38,188 bases of DNA from a virus (lineage: Duplodnaviria; Caudoviricetes): positions 1 to 38,188 of IMG/VR virus record IMGVR_UViG_3300031519_005349; one strand, given 5' to 3'. A program made the translations under genes and the position numbers. Positions within the stretch are counted from its first letter, which is position 1, and every line of letters begins with the position of its first letter. Below the pieces are notes generated by a model that worked only from the letters and a program-made list of their open reading frames with translations, ran no database searches and was not told the origin of the DNA. Positions 20,101 to 29,200 of this stretch are shown here, in pieces.

Positions 20101-20906
20101 TTCCTTATTATAGTTCTTCTATTAATATTGGAAATATGGTTGATGGTCTAATTAAAGTAACTGGCTCATACAATGCTGGATTGGCAATAACAGATTATGA
20201 TGCTTATACAGGCAGAGTGGATGTGTATAGTTATGACACCGGATCCTCTGTTATATCATCAAGCGGAGAATATTCAACTTTTGAAGGAGTTTCTTCTGAA
20301 ATAAAAGATAGGGCACATGAACTTTCTATATGGCAGAGATTGGGTGCTGGTAGTTATAAAACCTCATCTATAACAAGCGGTGACGCAAAGTATAATGAAG
20401 TTTTTCAACCAGTAATAACTGGTTCTAGAATATATGGTGTCAATCAAAAACTTATGCCACTATACTCTTCATCATTGAGTGCTTCGTTACAAATTGCATA
20501 TTCATCTTCTTTTTATAATGTAGATCTAGATAACTTTAGTGGTCTATCACAAGGATTAATTAATTCTTTTTATGTTGGTGTTAAAAATACTAAAAAAACT
20601 ACTTCTGATGGACAACCTCCTGTTGAAGTAATAATATCAGCACCTACTAAATTAGTAACTACTAAAACTGGTGATTCTACTTTAAAAACAGGAGATGGAA
20701 TAATATCTGATTTTAAAGAAGCTATTAGTAAAGAAGAAAGCGAAGTATTAAAAGTAGAAGAAGCGAGTGGCATTACAAAAGAAAAGAAAAAAAGAGGTTT
20801 GCGAAAATTAAAAGTAAAACCAGAAACCGATCAAGATAGAAAGAAAGAAAGAAATGAGGAGAAAGAAAAAGGTGAAAAGAAAAAAGGTAAACCAAATCAA
20901 AACTAA
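14163..20906 (+). CDS. Giant baseplate wedge protein (gp7/P2 gpI-like) with CBM-like insert and LamG-like domain
   Basis: GTG start overlapping TAG; KNKGTVRALKGLLNIYGIP (KGT motif of gp7/gpI-like proteins); TVEFRF...IYIGG...FSGSIMEYRHW (LamG-like). Confidence 0.65.
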   Translation: MASKLTEKEKQLLDANITTKVGLKSYEDGMWGSQGNKDFVYLELFDENNNFIQFENFPSSDFSVDPETDNIHFYPGKHIRSLGYKSGVFNIKYNFLRKLAGSEDPVLLHTVNKQNTKIGDVYTNVNAIYITDEALVYAATEEQYKGNPTAFEQLAVEDLKYRIDSVSPSRTEVRLRAKKINGSYMDQFVDIQTAIMSTNVTNEISFDGNVVYDSKELVLTPEVGGFLFTQKMIGGTITLENIFKVNQIDVAVRTEINTIKNPSGILLDTDSLGEVINLSDAYEWDENLHASAVKADNWTAGFNYFSRSTNTFFGTAHLGYHPHWVEGEGSNGGNCIKFSDQNELFIDLPDWPNDQRYRQMAIVQPDMNNLLGQGVKGGDIANVSLNIRSTVANKGVQVSLRYANEIVQEERPTAVPEGYFNPADIPPSEPIPTDQEGNVLYPDGFVANTAANANTVEQQPPARLETILSTYDIPFYDGAVGDTTQDGDMIGGVGAWKISSVVTIGYNWIPNLVGSEYSKAGALSPEEEWLWDGTAWGVNPNFSSPYPTPPVGTVSKVQYPNAINSHPYQIEGQGLPKFPRNRYPGENRGWQTGTTLDGDDTKMTSVCGIPSNLINNNAVILLKDDLVWIVGDVRFNTNKEKIGLTTIDTMFPMMHVETVPKTDSDGEVVGTHTIYNDIFEHGRIQSITRQPDSFTGDPAKKDHNKDNSFIVFYTDGRGNEDSNKVFEATIGEDSFARFRYLKDLNANYNDLVNQNGGEQEWAFNGKQSSGLYWRHYASIKGTDRLWRMDQGPDNKSFFGLANNGGWFETGDTAGTSDGSAGSFSRTFAGVQDNYFDVHFSEGHTAGHFSHYSGIYNATSDTGGSWIQLKEDLSGVAERIPTNEIFYGAGEVGTEGVDLTFGVRNPAAENFGIQDEDGNVSNAEIEPLYDNGTAIFSFDDNPGKEGTLSTIGMWRWSGNTVDGWVEVAVAPPRYTYVSPSFTKAIMAPEVAGQWTKVETQITIPNDWKLDQKWYFYIYGHGKSTTGEMSQGTVWVEDVFIDFTLTEQSVSIPVYKPYSVQIKSVGAGGDTITVNKSIQEVSLEIGAVDDDDDGNPDIFGFGDAIESFNGFKITYTNFNPKDLRTYLKFENNLFLTTNFKSDTVSVNDFPYSIVYKLYEPLPDEYEKFDECIVVKEMANPLEERVKIIDFVNAEEPKLVLKSPDLSNVESPVQSRETQYKTESQILTNDAVVSTELRNEFLSQSLDSITVNTDYSRFKNFINFGSSEVRIRNFKRKLKDIEGYRILSSSYTGVSGSTGDMGVYHHKIIDTENKFDPFERYMYYENSSYISSSIGVFHDNAWPKSSGAGTLRSPYVLAHTTSSQATTWFSNSISSASLYDENNSSKLSSIIPEHIKFDDNNKTYLKFTDMIGQHFDGIWEYINALGDVSDRRDKLNEGISKDLLYSVGKSLGWNLNDGKDLTSLSKYALGKEVTGSNFSDYSEISERDTSREIWSRIINNMPFFLKNKGTVRALKGLLNIYGIPSTILRVKEFGGPDLPDNAFPQFEISRKFTKALDFKGSQYVKVAWADDSSSGRKPDTVEFRFRSATGSNQILIEKQDVNNQDWFIRLKDNGSTDNYGYVSFMLSGSAAGTTTGQYKEILSTEFPVYNGDFYSVMLSRSSGSSNTSVSQSYKLSVGRYDESRSKINLYSSTTMDVTQAASSSFSNAWTGSGDIYIGGSGSLANVGAQFSGSIMEYRHWTETLNTASFKNHIANPKAYDGNTISSSYNNLVLRYSFDDNKNLASDTEGIRDVSSNQTQTLSGSHDGFTGNFFRSVVDEAKTFIPSIGALRRTTNKVRIESNSLKPGFSLSSKQRATDSAFDTAPADSNKIGIWFAPTDVINNDIINSVGNLNFDNFLGDPRDNEEYSYRGLENVADNYWKKYTAPNNFWDYMRLISYYDRSLYPQIRKLIPARAKPDIGLLIEPNLFERPKVVIGKKPTAVVPYYSSSINIGNMVDGLIKVTGSYNAGLAITDYDAYTGRVDVYSYDTGSSVISSSGEYSTFEGVSSEIKDRAHELSIWQRLGAGSYKTSSITSGDAKYNEVFQPVITGSRIYGVNQKLMPLYSSSLSASLQIAYSSSFYNVDLDNFSGLSQGLINSFYVGVKNTKKTTSDGQPPVEVIISAPTKLVTTKTGDSTLKTGDGIISDFKEAISKEESEVLKVEEASGITKEKKKRGLRKLKVKPETDQDRKKERNEEKEKGEKKKGKPNQN

Positions 20907-20951
20907 AAGAAACTTTAAAGTAAATAAATTTAACGAAAATTAAAAGTAGTG

Positions 20952-20962
20952 ATATTTATATA
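20952..20962 (+). promoter_or_regulatory. Putative late promoter ATATTTATATA
   Basis: Recurrent motif in the 20907-21010 gap, upstream of AGGAG RBS. Confidence 0.75.
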
Positions 20963-21010
20963 TGAACTACATTACACATCAAAGTTCAAAAAATTAACTA
21001 GGAGTAAATT

Positions 21011-21685
21011 ATGGGATTTTTAAACAACACTACCGTAACTGTAGATGCTATATTAACCAAAAAAGGTCGTGAGTTATTAGCACAAGGAACAGAAGCATTT
21101 AATATTACAAAATTTGCTTTATCAGATGATGAAGTAGATTATAATTTATGGGATGTCACACATCCTAATGGAAGTGACTACTATGGGGCTGTTATTGAGA
21201 ATATGCCGCTTTTAGAAGCAATACCTGATGAAAATCACGTTATGCGATATAAGTTAGTAACTCTTCCAAAGAATAGTATTAGGATGCCAATAGTATCTAT
21301 TAGTCCAGGATCTATTGAATTTGCAGTTGGAGGTGGATTGACACAAGTATCACCTACTGTTGAACCAAATACTTCAGGTGCAACCGATTCTTCTTATACA
21401 TTTATATTACACAATAGATCTGTTGCAAATATGACAGTTCAAACAGCAGCTGGTGGATCAGTTGGTGCTTCAACACCATTCTTTTTAGGTGAAGATGATG
21501 CACCTAATAGTAAAACAGTGGTTGCTAAAAGTGTTAGAATTGGAGTTATCGCAGTTCAAAAGAACGCTTCTACTCAATTAACTGTTGTCGGCAATGATAC
21601 AGGTGCTACTAATTCAATAACTATAACAAATAATGTAACAGTTCAAAGCTTAGTTTTCACTTTTGGTGCGGGCGCAGGTCTGTAA
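21011..21685 (+). CDS. Virion structural protein (baseplate/tail-collar-like N-terminus)
   Basis: DAILTKKGRELLA....ITKFALSDDEVDY resembles the N-terminal half of tail-collar fibre (DUF3751-like) domains. Confidence 0.55.
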   Translation: MGFLNNTTVTVDAILTKKGRELLAQGTEAFNITKFALSDDEVDYNLWDVTHPNGSDYYGAVIENMPLLEAIPDENHVMRYKLVTLPKNSIRMPIVSISPGSIEFAVGGGLTQVSPTVEPNTSGATDSSYTFILHNRSVANMTVQTAAGGSVGASTPFFLGEDDAPNSKTVVAKSVRIGVIAVQKNASTQLTVVGNDTGATNSITITNNVTVQSLVFTFGAGAGL

Positions 21686-21713
21686 CACAGCTTAAAGATT
21701 AAAGGAGTAACAA

Positions 21714-22781
21714 ATGTCAGTATATAAAGATTTTAATATTCAACCTGAAAGTAGTTTGGTTTCGAGTGATATCGTAACTAACGTAAAAGATACAGTATCA
21801 TCAGGAATGTGGGCTAATGGCGATGGTAGTATGACTGCATTTTTTACATCATCAACTCAGAGTGCTAGTAACCATCAATATTATTTGGATGTTTACGCAA
21901 CCAACCCTGCTACTGATACAACTGCCAAATCTCAATTCTCAGTTGCTTTCGGTCACGTACACGGAAGTGGTAGTGCTGGTACAAAAGGAGTTACTGGAAA
22001 CAGAGCTTCTGCTGCTATATACAGACAATTATCTAATACACTATTGGGTCCAACAGAAGATAGGTTTAACTTTGCTAATTCAGGCGGAGCACATACTACT
22101 CCTCATTATATTTATGCTATATCAATTGCTAGACAACAACTTAGAGAAAAGATGGATCCAGGCAATTGGGAACTACACTTTAGTGGTAGTGGCGGTGGAG
22201 CTGGACCTGAGACATTAAAATTAATTGACGACAGTGGAGCTACTACAAATCCAACTGTAAATCAAGGTGGTAGGGTATTTAACATCGTTAGTGGTTCTAT
22301 AGAAAGTGGAGTTGCAACTATAAAAACACCTGCTACATCACAAGATGGTGGTGGATTTGGATTATTTTATCCTGATATGGGATTATTGATATTCAATGGA
22401 CCTGTTTTGGCTGGACAAACTTCTGCGTCATTATCTGCTTCCATTGCTTCAAATACCGAAGGTGGTAATGTTGGTAAATTTTATGAAAAAATTAAAGGTG
22501 GTCAATACTTTAGTTCTAGAAGAGAAGAAGTGATAAGTTCACAACACTACTTTTGTAGAGTACCTAATAAGGAATTCAACTTTAGTTCTAATCCGACTTT
22601 CGCTACCGGCTCTACAGGTAATTTTACAGTTCCGACTTTTTATAAAAATCCAAAAACCTTTATAACACAGGTTGGATTATATAACGACAATAATGAACTT
22701 CTGGCTATTGCTAAATTGAGTAAACCATTACTAAAATCTTATGCGAGAGAAGCTATAATCAAAGTTAAATTAGACTTTTAA
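21714..22781 (+). CDS. Virion structural protein (baseplate/tail-collar-like C-terminus)
   Basis: C-terminal EFNFSSNP, ITQVGLYNDNNELLAIAKLSKP..K....I.VKLDF. Confidence 0.6.
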   Translation: MSVYKDFNIQPESSLVSSDIVTNVKDTVSSGMWANGDGSMTAFFTSSTQSASNHQYYLDVYATNPATDTTAKSQFSVAFGHVHGSGSAGTKGVTGNRASAAIYRQLSNTLLGPTEDRFNFANSGGAHTTPHYIYAISIARQQLREKMDPGNWELHFSGSGGGAGPETLKLIDDSGATTNPTVNQGGRVFNIVSGSIESGVATIKTPATSQDGGGFGLFYPDMGLLIFNGPVLAGQTSASLSASIASNTEGGNVGKFYEKIKGGQYFSSRREEVISSQHYFCRVPNKEFNFSSNPTFATGSTGNFTVPTFYKNPKTFITQVGLYNDNNELLAIAKLSKPLLKSYAREAIIKVKLDF

Positions 22782-22799
22782 CCTTGGGAGATATAGGTC

Positions 22800-23783
22800 A
22801 TGTTTAAAAGGCTAGACCCAAGAGACATCAATATAACACCATTTAAGGCTTATAAGGAGTTTACTGTAACTAATATTGATAGTGGCAGTGGTATATTTGG
22901 CTTTAGAGCAATAAGTGCTAGTGCACATAATTTTGAACCAACTGACACATCCGGTGTTACTCACTTCGGCAGTAATCCAATAACTGCTAGCTTTTATGAA
23001 ATACCAAGTTGGTTTATGTTAAATCATCTGTTTTATCGTGATGTTGAAAATCCTTTTAATAATTTTGGTTCAAATGACAATACTCAGTATAGATTATTAC
23101 AACCATCTGCTTCTGTTATTTCAGTATCAAGAGATTTATATGGTGAAAGAATAAAACCAAAATCTATTAGATTAACGGATGACAGCACATCTTCTACAGT
23201 CACAATTGTTGACGATGGTAAAGGTAACCTTTACGATAATGATTTTTCTTCAAGCTTTGCTCAATTTGCTGCTGGTGGATTTGCCGATATTATGAAGTCA
23301 ACTGGAAGTTTTGCCGGTAATATATTCTATGAACAGGGATTATTAGTTTTTACAAATACCGGATCTAGATATGTTGATATTGGAACAGGACTTTCAACTG
23401 ATGGTTATAATTTAAAGTACAAATCGCAAGTTACAATAAGAGAGCATTCATATACTTGTGTAGTCGGTGAAAACGAATACAATACGAGTAACAACATTTC
23501 AGTAACTACAGATAGAAGCGGCAGTATAAGTGTTTCTGGTAAAGAAAGCTGGACGTTATTTCCACCAGGAGATGCTTTATACCAATCAGGTTCCTACAAA
23601 GATTTTTATGAACAATCAACTACATATAATAATTTCGTAACACATTCTAATTTTGAGCCATATATTACTAAAATTGGATTATATAATGATTTTAATGAAT
23701 TGATAGCGATTGGTCAGTTATCACATCCTATAAAAAATGATTCAGCTCAGTCATTGGGTATTCAAGTTAGGTTTGATGTATAA
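22800..23783 (+). CDS. Paralog of the preceding structural protein
   Basis: Shares I.R....E...P, DD, G..FY..GLL.F, E.N.S.N and ITKIGLYNDFNELIAIGQLSHP with 21714-22781. Confidence 0.6.
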   Translation: MFKRLDPRDINITPFKAYKEFTVTNIDSGSGIFGFRAISASAHNFEPTDTSGVTHFGSNPITASFYEIPSWFMLNHLFYRDVENPFNNFGSNDNTQYRLLQPSASVISVSRDLYGERIKPKSIRLTDDSTSSTVTIVDDGKGNLYDNDFSSSFAQFAAGGFADIMKSTGSFAGNIFYEQGLLVFTNTGSRYVDIGTGLSTDGYNLKYKSQVTIREHSYTCVVGENEYNTSNNISVTTDRSGSISVSGKESWTLFPPGDALYQSGSYKDFYEQSTTYNNFVTHSNFEPYITKIGLYNDFNELIAIGQLSHPIKNDSAQSLGIQVRFDV

Positions 23784-24604
23784 TGGGTAAATTTAAAAAA
23801 ATGATGGAAGTTACTTCTAACGCTGGTTACACAGGAGACGAAGGAGAACCAGATACAGGATTTATTAGAGGTAAAAAGGAAAGAACTTTAGGTAAATTAT
23901 CTGGTAAGCCTGAACCTTGGTTTGAAAGGGGTGGTTACAGTCAAGTAGATTTTCCTGAAGCAGATTTTATCTATGGTGAGGGTGAAGAAGAAGATTATGC
24001 TGTAAGAAAGACTGCTTATGTAGCTCAGATAGATAAAGACTTTGAAGCACATTTTGAAAAATGGGAAGATTGGGTTTCCGGTGAAAATTTTGATGAACAG
24101 AATACTGTAGAGTTGGATGAATCAACTACTTCGACTAATTCACCAGGTCCAAAGGGATATACTGCTTTTATAAAAGATCCTAAAGAATTTAAAAAGAGAA
24201 ATAAAAGTATGGCTTCCTTTTATAAAAAAGCTATGGGTTACTTACTTGTAGAAAGAGTTGATTATCAAGATACTGCGCAGCAAATGTTAAAAAATTATGG
24301 TTTAAAGTCTAAGATTAAGATGGGCAATGGTAAGAACTTCGGTGAGTACATTCCTGAAACTGATACGATTACGCTTAGAACATCTTATAAAACCTATAAA
24401 GAATTTCTGATGACTATTCTTCATGAGATAGGACATGCACTTGATGCTGATAATCTAGGCATAAGAAAATTTATGAAGAAATACACACAGGCAGGAACAA
24501 TGGCTGCTTATGATGGATTAGATCCTCATGATGATAATAAATGGGAAGAGAAAGCTGAAAAGTTTGCTAGAAAAGAAATAAAAAAATATTTGTATAAGAA
24601 GTAA
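23783..24604 (+). CDS. Zincin metallopeptidase-domain protein with acidic N-terminal extension
   Basis: G.Y......ITL, TILHEIGHALD (HExxH), N.WE..AE.FA (third-ligand helix). Confidence 0.75.
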   Translation: MGKFKKMMEVTSNAGYTGDEGEPDTGFIRGKKERTLGKLSGKPEPWFERGGYSQVDFPEADFIYGEGEEEDYAVRKTAYVAQIDKDFEAHFEKWEDWVSGENFDEQNTVELDESTTSTNSPGPKGYTAFIKDPKEFKKRNKSMASFYKKAMGYLLVERVDYQDTAQQMLKNYGLKSKIKMGNGKNFGEYIPETDTITLRTSYKTYKEFLMTILHEIGHALDADNLGIRKFMKKYTQAGTMAAYDGLDPHDDNKWEEKAEKFARKEIKKYLYKK

Positions 24605-24621
24605 TTTCTGTATATATATTA
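24590..24621 (+). promoter_or_regulatory. Putative sigma70-type early/middle promoter TTGTAT-N17-TATATA(TTA)
   Basis: Same sequence and spacing as 40-71; heads the replication block. Confidence 0.55.
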
Positions 24622-24689
24622 GTATGTTAACATATACTTTTGGTTATTGAAAAATTCTGATAGGTTTTTTAATAAGATATTTCTGCCCT

Positions 24690-24767
24690 GAAGTATCGAG
24701 TATTAGTTTAACTATTAACAAGTACTAGTACAAGTATAGCAAGTACAAGTATAACAAGTATAAAGTA
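24690..24767. repeat. Intergenic tract of short (C)AAGTA direct repeats
   Basis: CAAGTA at 24719, 24731, 24740, 24746, 24755; variants CTAGTA 24725, AAAGTA 24762, GAAGTA 24690, CGAGTA 24697. Confidence 0.85.
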
Positions 24768-24774
24768 ATTAATT

Positions 24775-25110
24775 ATGAAATCAAGAAGTGCTAAGAATAA
24801 AGGTAAAAGACTTCAAAACAATGTAAGAGATCTTTTACTAGAAACATTTAATCAGTTAGAGCCTGATGACATTAAATCAGCCATTATGGGTGAATCAGGA
24901 GAAGATATTAAATTATCTCCAGCGGCTCGAAAACTAATCCCTTATTCATTCGAGTGCAAGAATCAAGAAGCTTTAAATATATGGTCATCTTTAGAACAAG
25001 CAGAAACAAATGCTGGTGATTACGATCCTGTTTTGATATTTAAAAGAAATAGAACTAAAACATATGCGGTTATTAACATAGAGAAATTTATAGAATTAAT
25101 TAATGAGTGA
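24775..25110 (+). CDS. Holliday junction resolvase-like PD-(D/E)xK nuclease (Hjc/T5 D14-like)
   Basis: SAKNKG.RLQ..VRD.L, GEDI, SFECKNQE, P.LIFKRNR. Confidence 0.75.
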   Translation: MKSRSAKNKGKRLQNNVRDLLLETFNQLEPDDIKSAIMGESGEDIKLSPAARKLIPYSFECKNQEALNIWSSLEQAETNAGDYDPVLIFKRNRTKTYAVINIEKFIELINE

Positions 25111-26044
25111 TATAGTAAATCTACTGAATAAAGTAATAGGAAATAGAGGTAGGCAGTTAAAGAAAGCCAATGAATATATGTATTGGTCTCCTTTTACATC
25201 TCACCATAAACCTAAACTTCAAATAAACACACAAACACAGAAATGGCATTGTTGGGTATCCAATCAAGGTGGTCATAAGCTATATCAGCTCTTTAAAAAG
25301 TTAAAGGCTAGTGGTGAGGATTATAATGAGCTTACAGATTTGGTGGGTGGATTCCAATCACTATCATCAAATCGTGAGAAAGTCAAGGAAAATATTGTAA
25401 GACTTCCAAATGAGTTCAAGCCTCTTTGGTCAAATGGCTCAAGTATTATTGGCAGACATTCCAAAGCATATCTTAACAACAGAAACGTTTCTAATGGGGA
25501 TATTCTTCGATATGGGATAGGTTATTGTGAAGAGGGTATGTACGCCAACCGTGTAATTGTACCTTCCTTTAATAATAAAGGAGAACTTAATTATTTTGTC
25601 GGTAGAGATATTTACAACGGTAATTACAAATACAAAAATCCTCCTGTATCTAAAGACATTATTGGATTTGATTTGTTTATAAATTGGAATGAACCTATTA
25701 TATTATGTGAGGGTGTATTTGATGCTATAGCAATAAAAAGAAATGCTATACCTCTTTTTGGTAAAACCATACCAAAATCTCTTATGAAAAAAATATACGA
25801 AAAAAAGGTTAAGCAGATATATATATTATTAGACAAAGATGCCGCTAAGGATGCTATCAGAATGACAGATAGTTTAACTAAAAATGGTATTAGGGTATAT
25901 TTTGTAAGTTTATCAGAAGAAGATCCTTCCGATATGGGATTTGAAAAAGTAATTAATCTCATAAAAGAAACTAAACAAACTTCTTTTTCTGATTTGATGA
26001 GGATGAAATTAAATGGTAAAACAAGAAAATATTTGGAAATTTAA
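25103..26044 (+). CDS. DNA primase (DnaG/TOPRIM type)
   Basis: YL..R, RVIVP, YFVGR, YKNP, LCEGVFDAI, LDKDA, DPSD; N-terminal zinc-ribbon-like region. Confidence 0.9.
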   Translation: MSDIVNLLNKVIGNRGRQLKKANEYMYWSPFTSHHKPKLQINTQTQKWHCWVSNQGGHKLYQLFKKLKASGEDYNELTDLVGGFQSLSSNREKVKENIVRLPNEFKPLWSNGSSIIGRHSKAYLNNRNVSNGDILRYGIGYCEEGMYANRVIVPSFNNKGELNYFVGRDIYNGNYKYKNPPVSKDIIGFDLFINWNEPIILCEGVFDAIAIKRNAIPLFGKTIPKSLMKKIYEKKVKQIYILLDKDAAKDAIRMTDSLTKNGIRVYFVSLSEEDPSDMGFEKVINLIKETKQTSFSDLMRMKLNGKTRKYLEI

Positions 26045-26234
26045 CGAAGATGAATGGAAAGTTCATCTTGAAAATAACGAGCTCTTAAAAGAGGTAAAGA
26101 AAAAATTTGATTTGGGAAAATCTGTAACTATTTATTATGAAAGTGGAAGTCTCTCCGAAGAAACTTCTTGGGATATTATAGTACCAAATGATAAAATCAA
26201 TGAAGTCAAAAAATTCATAAAGGATAATACTTGA
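26013..26234 (+). CDS. Hypothetical protein
   Basis: 73-aa ORF bridging primase and nuclease genes, GAGG upstream. Confidence 0.65.
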   Translation: MVKQENIWKFNEDEWKVHLENNELLKEVKKKFDLGKSVTIYYESGSLSEETSWDIIVPNDKINEVKKFIKDNT

Positions 26235-29200
26235 TTAAAGAAAATGTTGTAAAAGTACCTTTTCGTAAATTAAAATACATTCATCACATATCTGACATTC
26301 AAATCAGAAACCTTAAGCGACATACTGAGTATGAAGAAGTATTTGAGCGTACCTACGAAGAAGTAAAAAAACATAAAGATAATGCCGTAGTCTATATCGG
26401 TGGTGATATAGCTCATTCAAAAACCGAAATGTCGCCTGAACTAGTTGACCAACTCTCTCGTTTATTTAAGAATCTCGCAGATATATGTCCAACAATTTTG
26501 ATTGCTGGTAATCACGATTGTAACTTAAATAATCGTTCGAGAATGGATGTTCTTTCTCCTATCGTAAATAACTTACAACACTCAGACCTACACTATTTGA
26601 AAGATAGTGGTGTATATAAATGTGCTGATACGAAGTTTGTTGTTTGGGATGTATGGGAAAAGGAAGATGACTATATAGAGGCCAAGGATTTTGAAGGTGA
26701 AACAAAGATAGTTCTCTTTCATGGAACAGTGGATAAGTCAGAAACAGACTTAGGATTTTTTCTTCCATCGGATGTTAAAATTGCTAAGTTTGATGGTTAT
26801 GATATGGGATTGCTTGGCGATATCCACAAAAGACAACATCTCAATAAAGAAGAAACCATTTCTTATTGTGGTTCATTGGTACAACAAAACCACGGAGAAG
26901 GATTAAGTCATGGTTATTTATTATGGGATGTCCCAAAGAGAACTTCTGAGTACATAGAAGTGCCGAATGACTACGGATATTATACTATAAACATAGATGA
27001 TGGTAAGGTGCCTGAATGTCCTGATATACCCCAAAAGGCTAGATTGAGAGTTAGGGTAGCCAATACTACACCATCCCAACTAAAGAAGGCTATGAGCTTA
27101 ATTCATAGCAAATACGGAATCAAAGAAGTATCCGTTACCAAAACTGATTCTATATACTCTACAGAAAAAGTTAGAGGACAACATATAGCAGTTGGTAATG
27201 TAAGAGATTCAGACTACCAATATAATCTGATAGAAGAGTATCTGAAAACAAATCACTTTGTAGATGAAGATACTCTCATCGATATCAAAAAGATAAATGA
27301 AGAGTTGAATGGTAGATTGCCTGAAGATGATGTGAACAGAGGTGTAAGCTGGCAAGTTAAAAAGTTTGAGTTTGATAATATGTTTTCTTATGGGGAAGAT
27401 AATGTTGTAGACTTTACTAAGCTAAGCGGTATTGTTGGTTTATTTGCACCAAATGCTCAAGGTAAATCTTCCTTATTAGATGCTCTTTCATTCTGCTTGT
27501 TTGACAGATCTTCAAGAGCTTACAAAGCAATCAATGTTCTTAACAATAAGAAAGATTGGTTTAAGTGTAAAGCTACTTTAGAAGTTGAAGGTGTGGAATA
27601 CTTTATAGAAAGGGATGCTAAAAAACAATCAAATGGTCATGTTAAAGTAAATGTAGAGTTTTATACTTATGATGATGCTAATGAAAAAGTATCCTTAAAT
27701 GGTGATCAAAGAAGAACTACAGATGTTAATATCCGTAGGTTAATTGGTACTTATGATGACTTTGTAATGACAGCACTTTCTTTACAGACTAACTCAACTG
27801 TATTTATTGATAAGACACAAAAAGAAAGAAAAGACTTACTTGCACAATTTATGGGTATTGGTGTATTTGACCAACTTTATACTTTGGCTAGTGATGAGAT
27901 ACACGATGTATCTGCTCTTCTCAAATCCTTTAAAAACAATAACTATGATGTAGACTTAGCAGATATAAAAAATAGTCTTAGTGAAGATAAGAAGAAATTT
28001 AAAAAGTTAGATGTTCAAAGAAAAGAACTATTAGCCGAAAAGAAAGAATGTGATAAAGAAATCATAGGCTTAACAAAGCAGCTTAGAAAAGTAGATGAAA
28101 CTGCTGATAGCATAAGTGAGTTGGAAGAAAGAAAAGCTTCTTTAAATAATGATTTGACTTTAACAGACGAAACATTTGGTAAACTTAAAACTCTTTCTGA
28201 ACAATATAAAGTTGAAGAAACTGAACTAACTGAAAAGATTAGTATCTATAAAGAAAATGAAGTAGATAAGAAGTTTGCTCAATTTGAGCAATATAGTTTA
28301 GAAAAATCAAACCATCAGATAGAGATAGATAAGCTAAAGATTCAAGTTCAACATAAGCTAGATAAGATTGATAAGCTTGGAAATTTAGAACATGATCCTG
28401 ATTGTAACTATTGTATGAGCAACCCATTTACTTTAGATGCTATAGAAACTAAAGAGAAGCTAAATGAGGATAAGAACCTAGCAGATAACTTTTTAAAGAA
28501 GTCATCTGAATTGGATAGTATTATAAATGAATTGTCTCATATTACTGCTCATAAAAATCAAATGGATTCTTGTATAAATGATTTTAATTTACTAACTTCC
28601 AATATCAGTAAAGTAGACAGCGAACAAAAACTAACTACAGAAAGAAAGAAGAATCTGATAAACCAATTATCTATTGTAGAAGATAAGATTAATATCTATC
28701 ATGAACAAAAGAAAGATATTGTTTTCAATAAAGAAATGCAAAATCAAATTGATATGAGTTCTAACAAGTCGGCTGCATATGAAGATGATATAGATACTGT
28801 TACTGATTCTCTTAATAATGTAAATGGTGAGATTAAAGTATTGGAAACTAATCGTAAAAATATTTTAACTAATATTAAAAAAGTTGAGGAACTAGAAGGC
28901 AAGTACGCAGCTTATCAATATTATATGGATGCTATTAAACGTGATGGTATTCCTTATGAACTGATAACAAAAGCTCTTCCAACTATCGAAGGTGCTGTTA
29001 ATGATATACTAGCTCAAATAGTAGATTTCTCTATGGTATTGGAGATGGATGGTAAGAATGTTAATTGTTATATTGTATATGATGATGATAATATTTGGCC
29101 TCTTGAACTAAGTAGTGGAATGGAAAGATTTATATCTTCTTTAGCTATGCGTGTAGGATTGATAAATGTTTCTAATCTACCAGCAGCTAACTTTTTAGCT

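Noticed and set aside
14163-20906. Intein or intron explaining the size of the baseplate gene
   Set aside because: No recognisable intein splice motifs or LAGLIDADG blocks, and the frame is uninterrupted; the insert looks like adhesion domains
24645-24672. Intrinsic terminator after the protease gene
   Set aside because: The possible stem is AT-rich and mismatched; too weak to call
24690-24767. CRISPR or mini-CRISPR array
   Set aside because: Repeats are only 5-6 nt with 0-3 nt gaps in the core tract; no spacers and no cas genes
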